Source: Camelus dromedarius
Taxonomy: Eukaryota
Assembly (NCBI RefSeq): GCF_036321535.1
Contig: NC_087437.1
Location: 6,634,001 to 6,698,000 of the forward strand
Reading direction: 5' to 3'
Length of the DNA stretch: 64,000 nucleotides
This document shows, in pieces, positions 39,375 through 52,000 of this stretch. How positions within the stretch are numbered: the stretch's first letter is position 1; the number at the start of each line of letters is the position of its first letter. Made by a program: the position numbers and the translations under genes. Under the pieces are notes generated by a model that ran no database searches, was not told the origin of the DNA, and saw only the letters and a list, made by a program, of their open reading frames with translations.

Positions 39375-42300
39375 AACAATTATTTACTTCCATGTTAAAT
39401 CTTGGACCCATTGAGGGAGGGGCATTCCTGCATTTAATCTTGCATCAAAAATTGTTGAGCATCATTATAAGCCAGGAGCTGGGAGCTGGAGAACAGCTGG
39501 CCCGAGGGGGACATAAGCCTATAAAGCAAAGTGATTTTTAGCACCACGTGTTTGCACTCTGGTATCTTACTTCCCTGAACTCCTGCCTCAGTCTTTTTCT
39601 GTTCTTGCTCTTTATTTTTTATAATTTGTTGTTGTGGTGGTGGTTTAAATCTCTGGAATATTTTCAAACATCTTTAGTGATCTCTTTTACATATACTCAC
39701 TGGCTCTCCTGCATGTGCCACCCCTCTTCTTTTAACTCCAGCCTCATAAGTTATAGTAGGTTAATGAGGCTTTGACTTTCGTTTCTGTATTTTTCCAGGG
39801 ACTCTTTTTTTCCCTCAGAAATCAGTTTGTGGTGGAAACGAGAATCTTTAGAAGGACCTTATGATGGTCATTTCGCCACATGGTGACACATTCACCTGCT
39901 CCTTCTCCCGGCACGTGGGGGTAATGAGTACCCAGGCTGGGTGTTTCAGTCATTCGCAGCAGCCAGCAGAGCAGCTCGGCGCCTAGGTTTTCTCGTTTGC
40001 CACTTGGGAATAATACCTGCCTTGTCTGCAGGGCTGTGGGGAAAAGCAAATTAAAGAATAGAAACAAAGGAATTTAGAAAATGTCTCACCAATACTTATA
40101 AGGGGAATGAGGTCACATTGATAAAGGAACAAAAATAACTAGACCAGCAGAGGAGAGAAACTGGCTGAGACCCAATACATTCTAGGGACAAAAAGGAGCT
40201 TGATTTTGTCTAAAGATTTTTGAAAATTAAGGATACATTCTTCCTTAATATAATGCCTCCCTTTCTTTTTCATCTTTCCCAACATTTCCCTCCTCCTACT
40301 TCTTGATTCTAAATCAAAGCCGAACACAAAAGCGTCTGTACAATGCGAAAAAAATCACTGTTGTCCTAACTATAAAATGTTGCGTGTTCTCCATTTCCGG
40401 AAGTACGGTGTGTTCTGCTTCACTTTGATTTTCCTCTATTAAGTATGCAGCCTGTTTGCCAGGGTGAGTTATCTCCTCTTAGAGTTTGGTTATATACCTA
40501 GTCTATTTTGTAAACAGAATTTCCATTAAAAATGAATTACTTCTCCTCAGAGCTTATTGATGGGGCTGACACATCGCTAAATTTCTTTTCTGAGCCAAGA
40601 TTTGTCACCTTGATCAGAAGTTGGCAAAAAGCAATTTGTGATCAGTCGAAAGGTACAAGTGGTGTGTGCCCTTCAAAAGGTTTCCTTCGTGGTACACTTA
40701 CCCTTGATTTTTGTCTTTAAAGCAATTAACCAGCAGGAACAAAGGAACAGCGACTCTGCCCTCTGATTCCTTGCAGGGTCTTGGCATTCGCCAGACACAC
40801 TTCCCTTCATTTAGAAAGAAGCGTTCTTCTGAGAGACAGCCCGGAACATGTGTGCGTACACACACACAATGAGTCAAGAGTTGGACTGTGAAAACACGAG
40901 ACCCCAAACAGCAAGCTTAAAATGTGATATCGGATGCTTGGCAGACAGATTATGTTGTAAGCCTCCCAAAGCCAGCCCGTGACACAGACAGTCAGGGATC
41001 ACCGCTGTTAGTAATCACGCCCCAGTATTTCCAGAAAAAGAGGGACAATAAAGCATTGGTTTGGTGGCATCATCTGTCTGCTTCTTTCGGTTTTACCGAT
41101 AGAGAATCGTGAAAAGAGTTTTTCCCCTGATTATAAAATTAATAAGTGTTCATTGTAAGAAAGAAAAAAAAAGTCAGAAAATGTAGAACATTATCTGTGA
41201 GAATAGAATCGGGAAGAAGTTAGGAGGATACTCCAACCAACTAGAGTTGGTTGTTTTCATTTCTGAGTTTAGTTACAGTTGGTGGTTCAAAGTATTTTCA
41301 TTCTTTGGGGCTTATCAGAGCCATCAGTGGGGGAGGAAGATGAGGTAGTTCCTATGACCTCTGAGGTAGCCAAGGGATTTCTTGCTGGAGTATTTGCCCC
41401 ACTGTTGTGAATGAATTAGCATTCACAGTATCCCACACAAACCCACCTCCCCTCAGTTTCTCAAAAGGAGATAAACACGAGGACAGAGAAGCCCCAAGGA
41501 ACAGAAACAGAAAAAAGCCAGTCTTCCAAGATGCACTTGGAAGGTTTGTTTTCACGGACATGAGATGGGGTCAAGCTCTGGGAGACTTGGGCGGAACATG
41601 TTGATTTGCAGGAGAGAAGAAAACCTTTTTAAAAAAATCTTTTTATGTTGAACGTCAGTAAACAATGGGCAGTTTTCTGGAAGAGCATAAAGCTGTGTGA
41701 AGTTGAGAGCAGGTCTATAAAATAAACAGCCTCATGGGAAACAAGAAAAGAAAGCCATCTTGGTAAGTGTGCTCCCCTGAAAAAGAGAAATGAGTGGACA
41801 ATGATGATCATTCACTGATGGATGAGAGATGATGATGGTTGAACCCATCATCAGGTGCTCAGCTAGAGGGCTGCTCCTTGTGCCAACCCCCCTTCCCCCT
41901 TCCCCAGGGTGGGGGGGACAGAAGGGGGGTGGGCAGTGATAATTAGTGGGAAAGACTGCACAGCTCCCAGGCTGCCTGTCCCGCCGGCAAGGTGATGCTT
42001 GGAGAGAGAAGGCTAGTGATGTCACTGCTAAACAGGGGAGTCAGAACCAAGGGGGCAAGAAATAAGCATTCGTTTTCTGCTTGAGTCCCCTCCAGGGCTT
42101 TGTGGAAAGTGGGTTTCTGACTTTATCTGCAACAGTACTGATAGTCATAGTCTTAGAAATAGCAGTGAGTAGTAGCTGACGTTAGGGGGGAACATGCCAG
42201 ACCTTCCAACACTCTCTCATAATACAGTGCTGTGAGGTAAGGACCGTTGTGATTTATTTTACTGATGAGGAGACTGAAGCTTGAAGAGGTCCCCTACCTC

Positions 42301-43532
42301 ACCCTAAGTCATGGCGGTGAACCCCAGTGATCTGTACCCACTGCCCACCTGGGAAGTAAATACTGAACGTTTACATTGTGTCTCCTCCACTTGCGGAGGG
42401 TACTACGTGTCCTACGTGCTTCCGATACAAAGCTGACGAGGCAGGTACAGATGTGCTGCTTGTGTTACAGACGCAGGACTGAGGCTCATACAGTTTCAGT
42501 GACTCGCCCCTTTCAGGTGAGCAGGTCAGGCTCCTCTCCTGCTTACCTGAGATCTGAAGAACCCCCCAAATCAGCACCCTGAATCCTTGCTCTGTATCGT
42601 CGTCTTTCACTTTTTTTATTTATATGTTGCAAAGTCTTGAAAAAGAAAACTTTTCCTTCTGTTTATTTTTCTTCTTTTTTTAAAAAAAAACCATTACTGT
42701 ATCTTACCACCTATTTTCTCTTTCAAAAAATGTTCTTCTTTTTGGCTAGCAAAGAAAGGACTCGTCGGGTAATAGGCTTATGAAAAATCCTCGCTCTTGT
42801 GGAGATGGGGACCCTGAACACTTTCCCGCCTCCCGTGTGAGGACAGACGGAAAACGTACTAAATTTTGCTATTTGGTACTTGCCAGTGACCACTGCTTAA
42901 TGCTTTTTAGGCATGTTAGAGCCCCCGCAGTGCCTCTAAATTGTGCAGGAGTACTCCTTGGGGAGAAATGTCTTTCTGACCCCAGCTTGCAATCAATTAA
43001 CACCATGAAGCATGGGAATTTATAGCCCTTACTTTTATTTTCTCAGCGAGGGAGAATCTGGAAGACGCCAACGCTGTAACAGAGTAAAAGGATGCAATTT
43101 CATCTGTTGGTCCACAGATCTCTCCTTGAACTGTGTTGTAAGGTCATCACTGAGTGACGCTGTTTCAGTAATCCCCCAACAATCCTCTAAGTGTGCGTGG
43201 TGGTGTGGCTTTTTTTGTTTGTTTGTTTGTTTTTTTGTTTTGTAGGTTTTTTTTTTAAACAAACTTCCAATGTCTAACTTTTTAATTCCTGCCATAACAC
43301 CAGCTGGCTCGTAATTAACCGCTGGCATCATCAATATCTCGTCAAAGTTAATGAGTTTTTAACATAATTTTTAACTGCTCTGAAGAGGTTACAGAATTAA
43401 AAGAACAAGAATAATGTATATATTTATTCACAGACAAACAGAGGATGAAAGATACGAATCCAGCTCCAAGGCCACTGGGCGAGGGATTGGAGACAACTGC
43501 CTGGGCCTTCCTTGGGAAGCCGATGGTCAGGG

Positions 43533-43571
43533 CTGAAGGGGGTTACAGGTCTGAAGGGGGTTACAGGTCTG
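43533..43571. repeat. Perfect 18-bp tandem duplication
   Basis: ctgaagggggttacaggt twice. Confidence 0.9.
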
Positions 43572-44081
43572 GGTGACTAACACGCCTTTGGTACCTGCTA
43601 AAAACTAACATGTACATTTATTTGAAGTAGCTTAGGCTGAACAGCAATTCAGATGCAAAGAGACAAGTGCTCAGGATTGATTATTTTCTCCCTCTCTCTC
43701 TGGCCCGCAGACTCAGAGAAGTCATGTAATCATGGTCCTTTCTCAGCCCACCGCCGTCACCGCCGTCAGTGGTGGAGCAAACGCCTTGACCCGACTTTCC
43801 TTCCCTCGCTGTTCGCCCAGCTCCGCTCCTCCCCACCGCCCTCCCCTTCCTCCCTTTCCCTTTCCTCCCTCCCTCCCTCCCTTCCTTTTTATCCCTATTC
43901 CCCTGCCCCCACCAACTCCCGTCCCTCACCCACCCATAGCCAACCATTTTTAAATGATTGATGTGTATCCTTTTCTTTGTATATGTTCTTACACAGTGTG
44001 TGTTGGCATTTTTGAACATGGGATTTTAATTTCCACCAATAGTACTGTGTTATAGATCTCATTCTCTTTTACTGTTTTTAA

Positions 44082-44262
44082 GTTTATTTATTTAATGGAG
44101 GCATTGGGGATTGAACCCAGGACTTCGTGTATGCTAAGAATGCACTCTACCACTGAGCTAGACCCCCACCCCCAATGTTTTATTTTATTTTATTTTTTAA
44201 ATGGAAGTACTGGAGATTGAACCCAGGACCTCTCTACCACTGAGCTATACCATCCCCCTTCC
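44082..44262 (-). mobile_element. Two tandem Vic-1-like SINEs (the second internally deleted)
   Basis: Two reverse tRNA-like heads ending at ~44173 and ~44262, bracketed by actgtttttaa at 44071-44081 and 44287-44297. Confidence 0.88.
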
Positions 44263-44632
44263 TCTTATTTTTTTACTTTTTTTTAAACTGTTTTTAATCT
44301 TTCCATGTGGCTTTGCATACATCCGCCTGTTCATTCTAACTGCCGCGTAATATTTCACATTGAACAAATGCATCTCCTGATGTTGGACACCAGGATGGCT
44401 TCCAGTTTCCCACCACTATAAGCAATGCTGTCATGAATATTTTCATGCACGCACCCTTATTGACCTGTGCGGGAATTTCTCTGGAACATTCCCAGGAGCT
44501 GCAATGTCAAGTCACAGGGTATGAATAAATTCCATTTGACTTCATAGCTGTGTGGCTCTCCAGTGGGGCTGAGCAGTCTGCATGGGAATGCCACATTGCT
44601 CACATTTGTCTTTATCCTGGTCTTTAATTTTT

Positions 44633-44752
44633 TTTTTAATTGAAGTATAGTTGCTTTACAATGTGGTGTTAATTTCAAGTGTATAGCAAGTGATTCAGTT
44701 ATTTTTATATATATATATACACACACACATACACTACTATATACTATATATA

Positions 44753-44783
<31 letters not shown>

Positions 44784-45470
44784 TATTTTTCAGATTCTTT
44801 TCCCTTATAGGTTATTTTAAGCTATTGAATATAGTTCCCTGTGCTCTACAGTAGGACCTTGTTGTTTATTTCTTTTATATATAATAGTGTGTATCTGCTA
44901 ATCCCAAACTCCCAATTTATCCCTCCCCTTCCTTATTCTTTCCCCTTTGGTCACCATAAGTTTGCTTTCTATGCCTGTGAATCTGTTTCTGTCTTACAAA
45001 TAAGTCCATTGTATCATTTTTTTAGATTCCTCATATAAATGATATCATATAATATTTGTCTCTGTCTGGCTTACTTCACTTTCTATGGTCATCTCTAGGT
45101 ACATCCATGTTGCTAAAAATGGTATTATTTCATCTTTATGGCCAAGTAATATTCCATTATATATGTATGTATATGTGTATACACACACACATATATCTAT
45201 ATCTATATCTATATCTATATCTATATCTATATCTATATCTATATCTATATCTATCTCACATCTTCTTTATCCAGTCATCTGTCAATGCACATCCTTGTTT
45301 TGGCTATTGTAAATAGTGCTGCTATGAATATCTTTTCAAATGAGAGTTTTTATCTTTTCAGTATATATGCCCGGGAATGGGATTGCTGGATCATATGGTA
45401 ACTCTATTTTTAGTTTTTTAAGGGACCTGCACACTGTTCTCCATAGTGCCTGCACCAATTTACATTCCCT
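44633..45470 (-). mobile_element. Younger L1 3' end nested in an older reverse L1M relic (~44300-46480); includes (TA)n and (ATATCT)n repeats
   Basis: L1 3'UTR and ORF2-end motifs. TSD cctggtctttaattttt / cctgatgtttaattttt. Hexamer run at ~45192-45256. Confidence 0.88.
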
Positions 45471-47339
45471 CCTGATGTTTAATTTTTACCAATCAGATGG
45501 TATAAAGTGACATCTCATAGCTATAATTTGCCTTTCCCTAATTGTTAATTAGTTTGAGTGATTTTTATGTTTTGACCAGACTCTGTGTTTGCCTTTTTAG
45601 TAATTGCCTATTCATACCTTTTGCCCGTTTTTTTCTACTGAGGTTCATAAAGTTTTCTTGTTTTTTGTTGTTTTATTTCTCTTTTTCTCTTTTACTTTTT
45701 TAAAAAATGCACGCTCTACATACTAGTTCCTTGACAATTTTAGACTTGGCATCTATCTTCTCCCAGTGACAAGTGTCTGTTAACTTTGTCCATCACTTCC
45801 TTCCTGACACTGATACCCTTAATTTTGATGGAATTTAATTAATTTTATCCTGATAGTTTGTGCTTTGGGGGTTTTGTTTAAGAGGTCTTGCCTCACCGTT
45901 AGTTCTTAAAGATGTCCTCTGACATTATTAAAAGTACTCCTTCTCCCTTTAGTCTACCTGATGTCTGCCTTGCATGTGGTGTTAGGGAGGGATCCAGTTT
46001 TATTTTTCTGCATGTAGTGAACCAACTTCCCAACTTCATCTGTTACATTAGGCTGACTTTTCCCCATGGCTTTGGGTTGCACAAATACATTTCCATTTAT
46101 ATATAGGTCTAACTGTGAACTGTCCTTTCTCTCCCATAGGCCTCCTTGTTTCTTCTTGTATGAGCACTGTATTGCTTTCAATTACTATGTTTTTATCACA
46201 TATCTTAATGTTTAGTAGGGTCAATGCCCTCCTCATATTTCTATTTAATTTCAAAATTGACTTAGCTATTCATGAGCATCTTTTATATACATTTTAGAAC
46301 AGTAGTTAGAATTGCATTTGAGAAGAATTGACATCTTTGCGAAGTAAACATCCTGTTCAAGAGCATGAACTGTCTCTTGCTTTACTTTGATTTTTTTATG
46401 CACTTTAATATGATAATATATTCTTATCCATAGAGGTCTCCTGTATTAATTTTTAATTTAATTTATGACCTTTGTCTTTTCCATGAACGATTCATGCTCT
46501 TTTATCAACAGCACAAGCTCAGTCTATTGGAGTGAGGACAGGCCATGTGGCATTGTTTGAACCAGTAGCCACCCCCCCGGCCCCCGCCGCCCCCACCATG
46601 AGCAGTTTTCAGTCTGGTGTTGAACTGGCTGTAAAAGACTCATCTGAGTGTTTTGTTAACAACAAAAGTGACTGGGATCTAACCCTTCAGAGATCTTGAT
46701 TTGGTTGGTTTGAGTGAACTTAGGAATCTGAAGATTTAATGGTTCTCAGATGATTCTGAGGGGCAGCCATGTTTGGGGACCACCAATTAATTGCACTAAA
46801 AGATGATTTTGAGGGTTTTTTGTATGATTCTTCCCTCTTCTCCTGCATTTGAGACAACACCCTGAGAAGAGGTAATTTTGAGATAAGAAAGAATTGTGAA
46901 CCAACGTTGGTAATTGCAAATATAGGTCTTCATAAATTTATTGTATATTTTTTATCTTTAATGCATTAGGTCAAAGGTATGCTAGATACCCTCTGAATAC
47001 TATTTAAAAGCAAGTTAATTACAGTAGTTCAGGAAAACCCCACAATACACAATTTATTCTTTTTTCCAAGCCCTATAAACACAATAGGGCAATTATAACT
47101 GCAGTGAGAACTTCGAGATGGCTAGCAAACTGAAGTCTATATCAGTTGTGAGATAAAAATTTTGTACTTTCAACCAGAATAGTGCAATACATATTTCAGC
47201 CTCTACTTGGATGAAGTTTACCAGAATGGATTTCATCAATGACAAACTGACAAGGAGACTGTTGTGTCTTTCAGAAGCAAATGGGCAACAGGGAAGATGG
47301 ATGGTCATGTGGAAGTGTATAATTACCTATGCTAGCCAT

Positions 47340-47620
47340 CCTGAAACTTTAATAAATAAGCCCTTAAATGTCACTTAGTGAAAGGTGGATCAATTGCTTC
47401 GCCACGTGTTCACCTGATCTGTCATATTTTATAGGGCATATTAAAGACTTTGTTGATGCAACAGAACTGTATTTCATGATGGAATTTAAGGGAGTCTTCT
47501 AAGTAAGTCTTCAAGAGTCTCATGTCATGATGGATGGTGGTTATGCTGAGCTATATTCTAGCAGTCCTAAAAGCACTTATGAACTTGCCTTCAGATGCCA
47601 TTGGAGGATTGTTTATCTCT
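47340..47620 (+). mobile_element. Highly degraded Tc1/mariner-superfamily transposase C-terminal fossil
   Basis: Across frameshifts it reads RWI..IASP..SPDLSYFIGHIKDFVDA...DAIGGLF, resembling RWIG....WPPRSPDL...DFFLWG.LK..VY...C...GG.FE. Confidence 0.45.
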
Positions 47621-48021
47621 CACAATAACAGTTTAAGCTCTGAAAGTTAAAAAGAAAAGAACTATATGAACACTCTCTAATTCATTGAATGACTAAAATG
47701 CTTTAGTCTTCTCGTGGTTAAGTCATCATGATGGCCTTATTTTCATCGCTTATAACTAAACATTGCTTTACAGTTATTGTATGGTCTCCTCATACGTACT
47801 CCCCGGCCTGAGGGAATTCCTGTTTGTGGATGGAAGTTGTAGTTGATGGGCTTCGTGGAAATGAAAAGTGTTGACGCAGGAAAGTTCCAAACTAAACTCT
47901 TTTTGGGAACTTTTAAGAGAAAAAGTGGTATGCTGATAATTCTAGTAGTGAGATTGTCTTTTTAAGAACCTTTATAGGACTCTTTGCTCAGCCCCTTCCT
48001 GTCCAAGAATATGGTGGTGAA

Positions 48022-48139
48022 TTATATATATATTATATATATATATAATATATACACACACACACATATATACACACATTTATATATGTATGTATTTATG
48101 TATGTATGTGTGTATATGTGATGTGATATATATGTATAT
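48022..48139. repeat. (TA)n/(CA)n/(TATG)n compound microsatellite
   Basis: Seen directly. Confidence 0.9.
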
Positions 48140-48464
48140 CAGCAATACTGAGGCTTCTGTAGTGTCTATTTACAAATTTTGAGCCATGTGTGAGCCATTA
48201 CCAGCAATATCTGACATTTCTTTTATATTTATGAATTACAAAGCAGGTTTTAAAAACTAATTTTCACAATGGAGCATCTTATAATTCTGTGAAGTGTGTC
48301 TTATTAATCCCATTTTACAGATGGGAAAATCTGGCCAAGGAACCAGTGAATCTATCTTTAACTCAGGTTTGCAGACTCCAGATTTCCCCAACACGGTTAA
48401 CCTGATGGATGAAATATTTTCTCTTCCATTGATACTTCTATATTTCATATTCGGGACTGGAGAG

Positions 48465-48672
48465 CAGGGGTCAGTAAACTTTCTGTAAAGGGCCAGGAAG
48501 CAAGCATTTTAGGCTTTGTGGGCGCTTTGTCACAACTCCTCGCTTCTGCCATTTGTAGTGTGAAAGCAATGTAGCCTGTTCTTAATGGGTGTGTCTGTGT
48601 TCTGATAAGCCTTGGTCTTGCGAAACCAGGCTGGCCAGATTCCATCCATGGGCTGGAGTTTGCCAACACGTG
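48465..48672 (+). mobile_element. MER58A hAT MITE
   Basis: caggggtcagtaaactttctgtaaagggccag...catgggctggagtttgccaacac. Confidence 0.85.
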
Positions 48673-48904
48673 GTACAGAGTGATGACTCTTGCAAAGAGA
48701 CAAAGTAAAGGGAAAATGTGTGGAACCCAGGTGTGCTTTAGAATCCAAACTCCTCACTCATACCTCACTTCTTGGGACAGTATTGCACTTAGGCCCAGGC
48801 AAACATGACCCCCGACCTTGGCCCCCTGTTTGACGGGAGCCCACACTTTGGAGGATCCTCAAAATATCCTCTTTTGGTGCCTGGGACCATCCCAGGCCAG
48901 CAGG

Positions 48905-49076
48905 GAGGGCTGGTTTCACTGGTGTGACCTGTGCAGTCACACAGAGACCCATGTTTAGAAGGACCCTTCTGGTGAATACTTTGCTGTCACTGCCTTGAAA
49001 GTCTAAACAATTTTTAAATGGTGGAGGAGTGTGTCCCAGCTTTCATTTTGCAAGGGGCTCTGCAAATTACGTAGCC
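48905..49076 (+). mobile_element. MER91A-like hAT-Tip100 MITE
   Basis: gacctgtgcagtcacacag...ttcattttgcaaggggctctgcaaattacgtagcc. Confidence 0.7.
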
Positions 49077-52000
49077 AAAGGGGGGAAAAAATTCCAGTTT
49101 TAAGTAGAGTTAAATCTCAACAGTGAGTAATCCTGAGTGGAAATACTACCGGTGATGTTTATTATGTTCTTTACACTTTTCTATGCCTCAAATGTTCTCC
49201 AATTATGTAACCATCTCAGCTGGATGCTCTGGGTCTGGAGCAGAGCTTGGTGCCCAGGGCTGTCTTTGACACTTAGGGGGTCGACCAGATGCCCTGTGCT
49301 CTAGGATTTGGCTGAATGGTCTTCCTAGGGGCCAGTTTCCAGGAGGGCAGCCTGGCAAGAATATTGCTCACATTGGAAAGTACAGCATGTCTTCTGCAGG
49401 ATCAGGGGGGCCAGGCTGCCAGAATGGTGCTGGCACTCTAATTCTGGGGGACTCAAATTGCCTGTGTAGTCAGAGGCCCCACATACACAAGGGATGGCCA
49501 AAGCACAAAGCTTACCCTGCTTCCATTTTCCATGAAACTTCCCACAACCCCATCCTCCATGCCCCTCTCCCAGATCTTGTCTTGGCACAGTCAAGTTTGA
49601 TTTTTGGCACAAGCTGAGAGGGTCCTGGAGAGTATGAGGTCTGATATTAGACAGGTGGCAAGGATGGCAGTAACAAGGTCGCAGAAGGGCAGTGAGGACC
49701 TCCCACGTGGCAGGGACTGTCCCAAAGAGTAAGGACCTTGGTTGGGGCATCAGTTTCCACAAGACTTGAAGAACATTAACAAGGGCCCTGCTCTGAGTCA
49801 GGACTTATTTATAAACTCTTAGTTCACTTCCCAGTGTTATATTTGGAAGCTGAAATTCCCACAATTTCTGGTATGAATGGAAAAGTCACAGCATATGGCA
49901 GGAGTGATGAATTTTCGGAAGCTTTAAAGTTTTGCTTTTCTCCGAGCTCCTCAGCTGAGAACTCTCTAGTTCCTTCCTTCGTTCCTGCCAGTTGGAGATC
50001 AGCTTGGCTCAGCTCATCTCTTGAGGGGGTTTGGACTGTGGTCTTGGAAATGTCAGGTGTCCTAGGGGCTTTGAGCAGGGTGCTCCATGCATTGGTGGGG
50101 GCTGGAGGGTGGGGAGCACAGCCTTGCTGGAGACCGTGTTCATGACTGGAGGTCCAGCTTTTATTTGCGACTATGCTTGGCATCTGAGTCCTACTGTCTT
50201 AATTCAAGGCTCCTGATCCTGGGTTTTACTGCTATCTGCTATTTCCTGACTGTGATTCCTTGCCAGTCCCAGAGAAGAATCAGAGTCCAGGAGCATTTCC
50301 ACATCAGAAGAGTCAAGGATGTCTTCTCGGAGATCTGATTGCATACCCTGTGATTAGACTCCACAGGAAGCGTGCAAGGTCATAGCGGTTTAGGAAGCCA
50401 TCATTCATTCATTCATTCACTAAACATTTATGAAACCCTAGCTACTTCCCTGGCACAGGGATAGGGATAAGAAAAGAAACAAGCATTTGTTTTTCTTTTG
50501 TGGGGCTCTCAGAATAATGGGAGAGCGAAAATACGAAGCAAACAGAGAAGCATAAATTAGAGACATATACCCGAGGGCTGTGGGAAACAGAAAGGAGGAT
50601 GGAGCTCTCTGTTCTTGGAAGAAGGCAGGAGGAGTCCTGCAGGTCTTCAGGGTGGAGGTGCTCTTTGAATAGGGGCTCGAAGGAGGAATAGGAGTGGGCG
50701 GTTAGGTTGGAGCCATGTGACATGTTCTGGCCAACGGGCTTTGAATGGAGTCACAGCTTCTAGGCAAAGATTGTTAAAAGTCAGTGTGTCTCACTGCTTT
50801 CCCTTTCCCCTTCCGCTTAGGTAGCGTCTGTGAAAATACTCTGTGTTGAAACTGTGGGGCCTCAGGATGGAATCTTTGGGGGACCGTGTGGACAGAGCCA
50901 CCCGGTAAAGATATCCATCCCATCCTGATGTTTACATGAGTGACAACATCTCTATTGTGGCAAGTTATTCAGATTCAGGGTTACTTATTACAACAGCTTA
51001 GCCAATCCTATTATGATGAATTTAAGGACTTTTCTAAGTCTATAAGGTGACACTTCTAAATGAGAGAAAAGCAGATGAAACTTCATGGAGGTGTTTCCTG
51101 AGGACCAGGGCACTGGTTTGTTTTCCTATCAATTCCTTTCCATCCTTAGCTAGAGGCTGCTCTGGAAGCAATGGCAGCTCTCTGTCCTTCCAGGACAGAA
51201 TATGGAGGAGAGGGCTCTCAGGCAAAGAGGCGTGGGTTCTGTTTCTAGAAAGCTGAAGGACTGGGTGGAGATGGTGAATGACAAGGCAACAGGGTGGCAC
51301 TCTGACATTATTTTACAGATGATGGTTGGAGGTAGCAAAGACTGTTTGCCTGTCTCTCCGTCATTCCTGGTGGGAATATCTAGCCCCAGTCATTTATGGC
51401 TGTCTTTAGAATGGAGGGTACTTGACCCCTCTGTATCCACTACTTTGTGGCCCGTATCAATTCTCGGCAACAGAAAAATTCTCACTCCGCATCTCACTGC
51501 ACTGTTGGCAAGCTCTGGGGGCAGGACATCGGGACCCAGAGAATCTGTGCCCGGTCTTTCAAATAATTAAATGGCAGGAGCCAGGACTACAACGCTGAGC
51601 CCGGGCCCCAAGGCCAGGGTCCTTTCTCTCTCATTCTTTGTTTGCTATTTCTTTTGCTGTTGTTGTTATCATTTGCTTTCTCTCTTGTGTCCTCTTTCTT
51701 GTCACCCCAATAGCCAGGTCAGTCCACTTCTTTAAAGGGAAACGCAGTACAGTGATTACCTTCTTGCGGTAAGTGGCCGGCGGTCTGCTTTGGTCCAGTC
51801 CTGGGCACATCTCTGTCTCCCAGCCCGTCCAGCTTTCTGGCTGTGTGACCTTAGACAAGTCAGTCACTCTCTCTCCAGCCTCAGTTTCCTGATCTGGAAA
51901 TGGGTTAATACTAGATGGGGGCAGGGAACACACTTAGCACAGTGTCTGGCTTAGAGCAGCTGCTCGGCTGGTGTTGGGTACTAGTGTGAACCCAGGTTTC

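Noticed and set aside
41800..41870. C/D-box snoRNA candidate (ATGATGA...CTGA...ATGATGA)
   Set aside because: No terminal D box or closing stem at a suitable distance. The motifs come from a (GAT)n-like stretch.
45056..45316. ORFs with YL/IS dipeptide repeats
   Set aside because: They are translations of an (ATATCT)n microsatellite inside L1.
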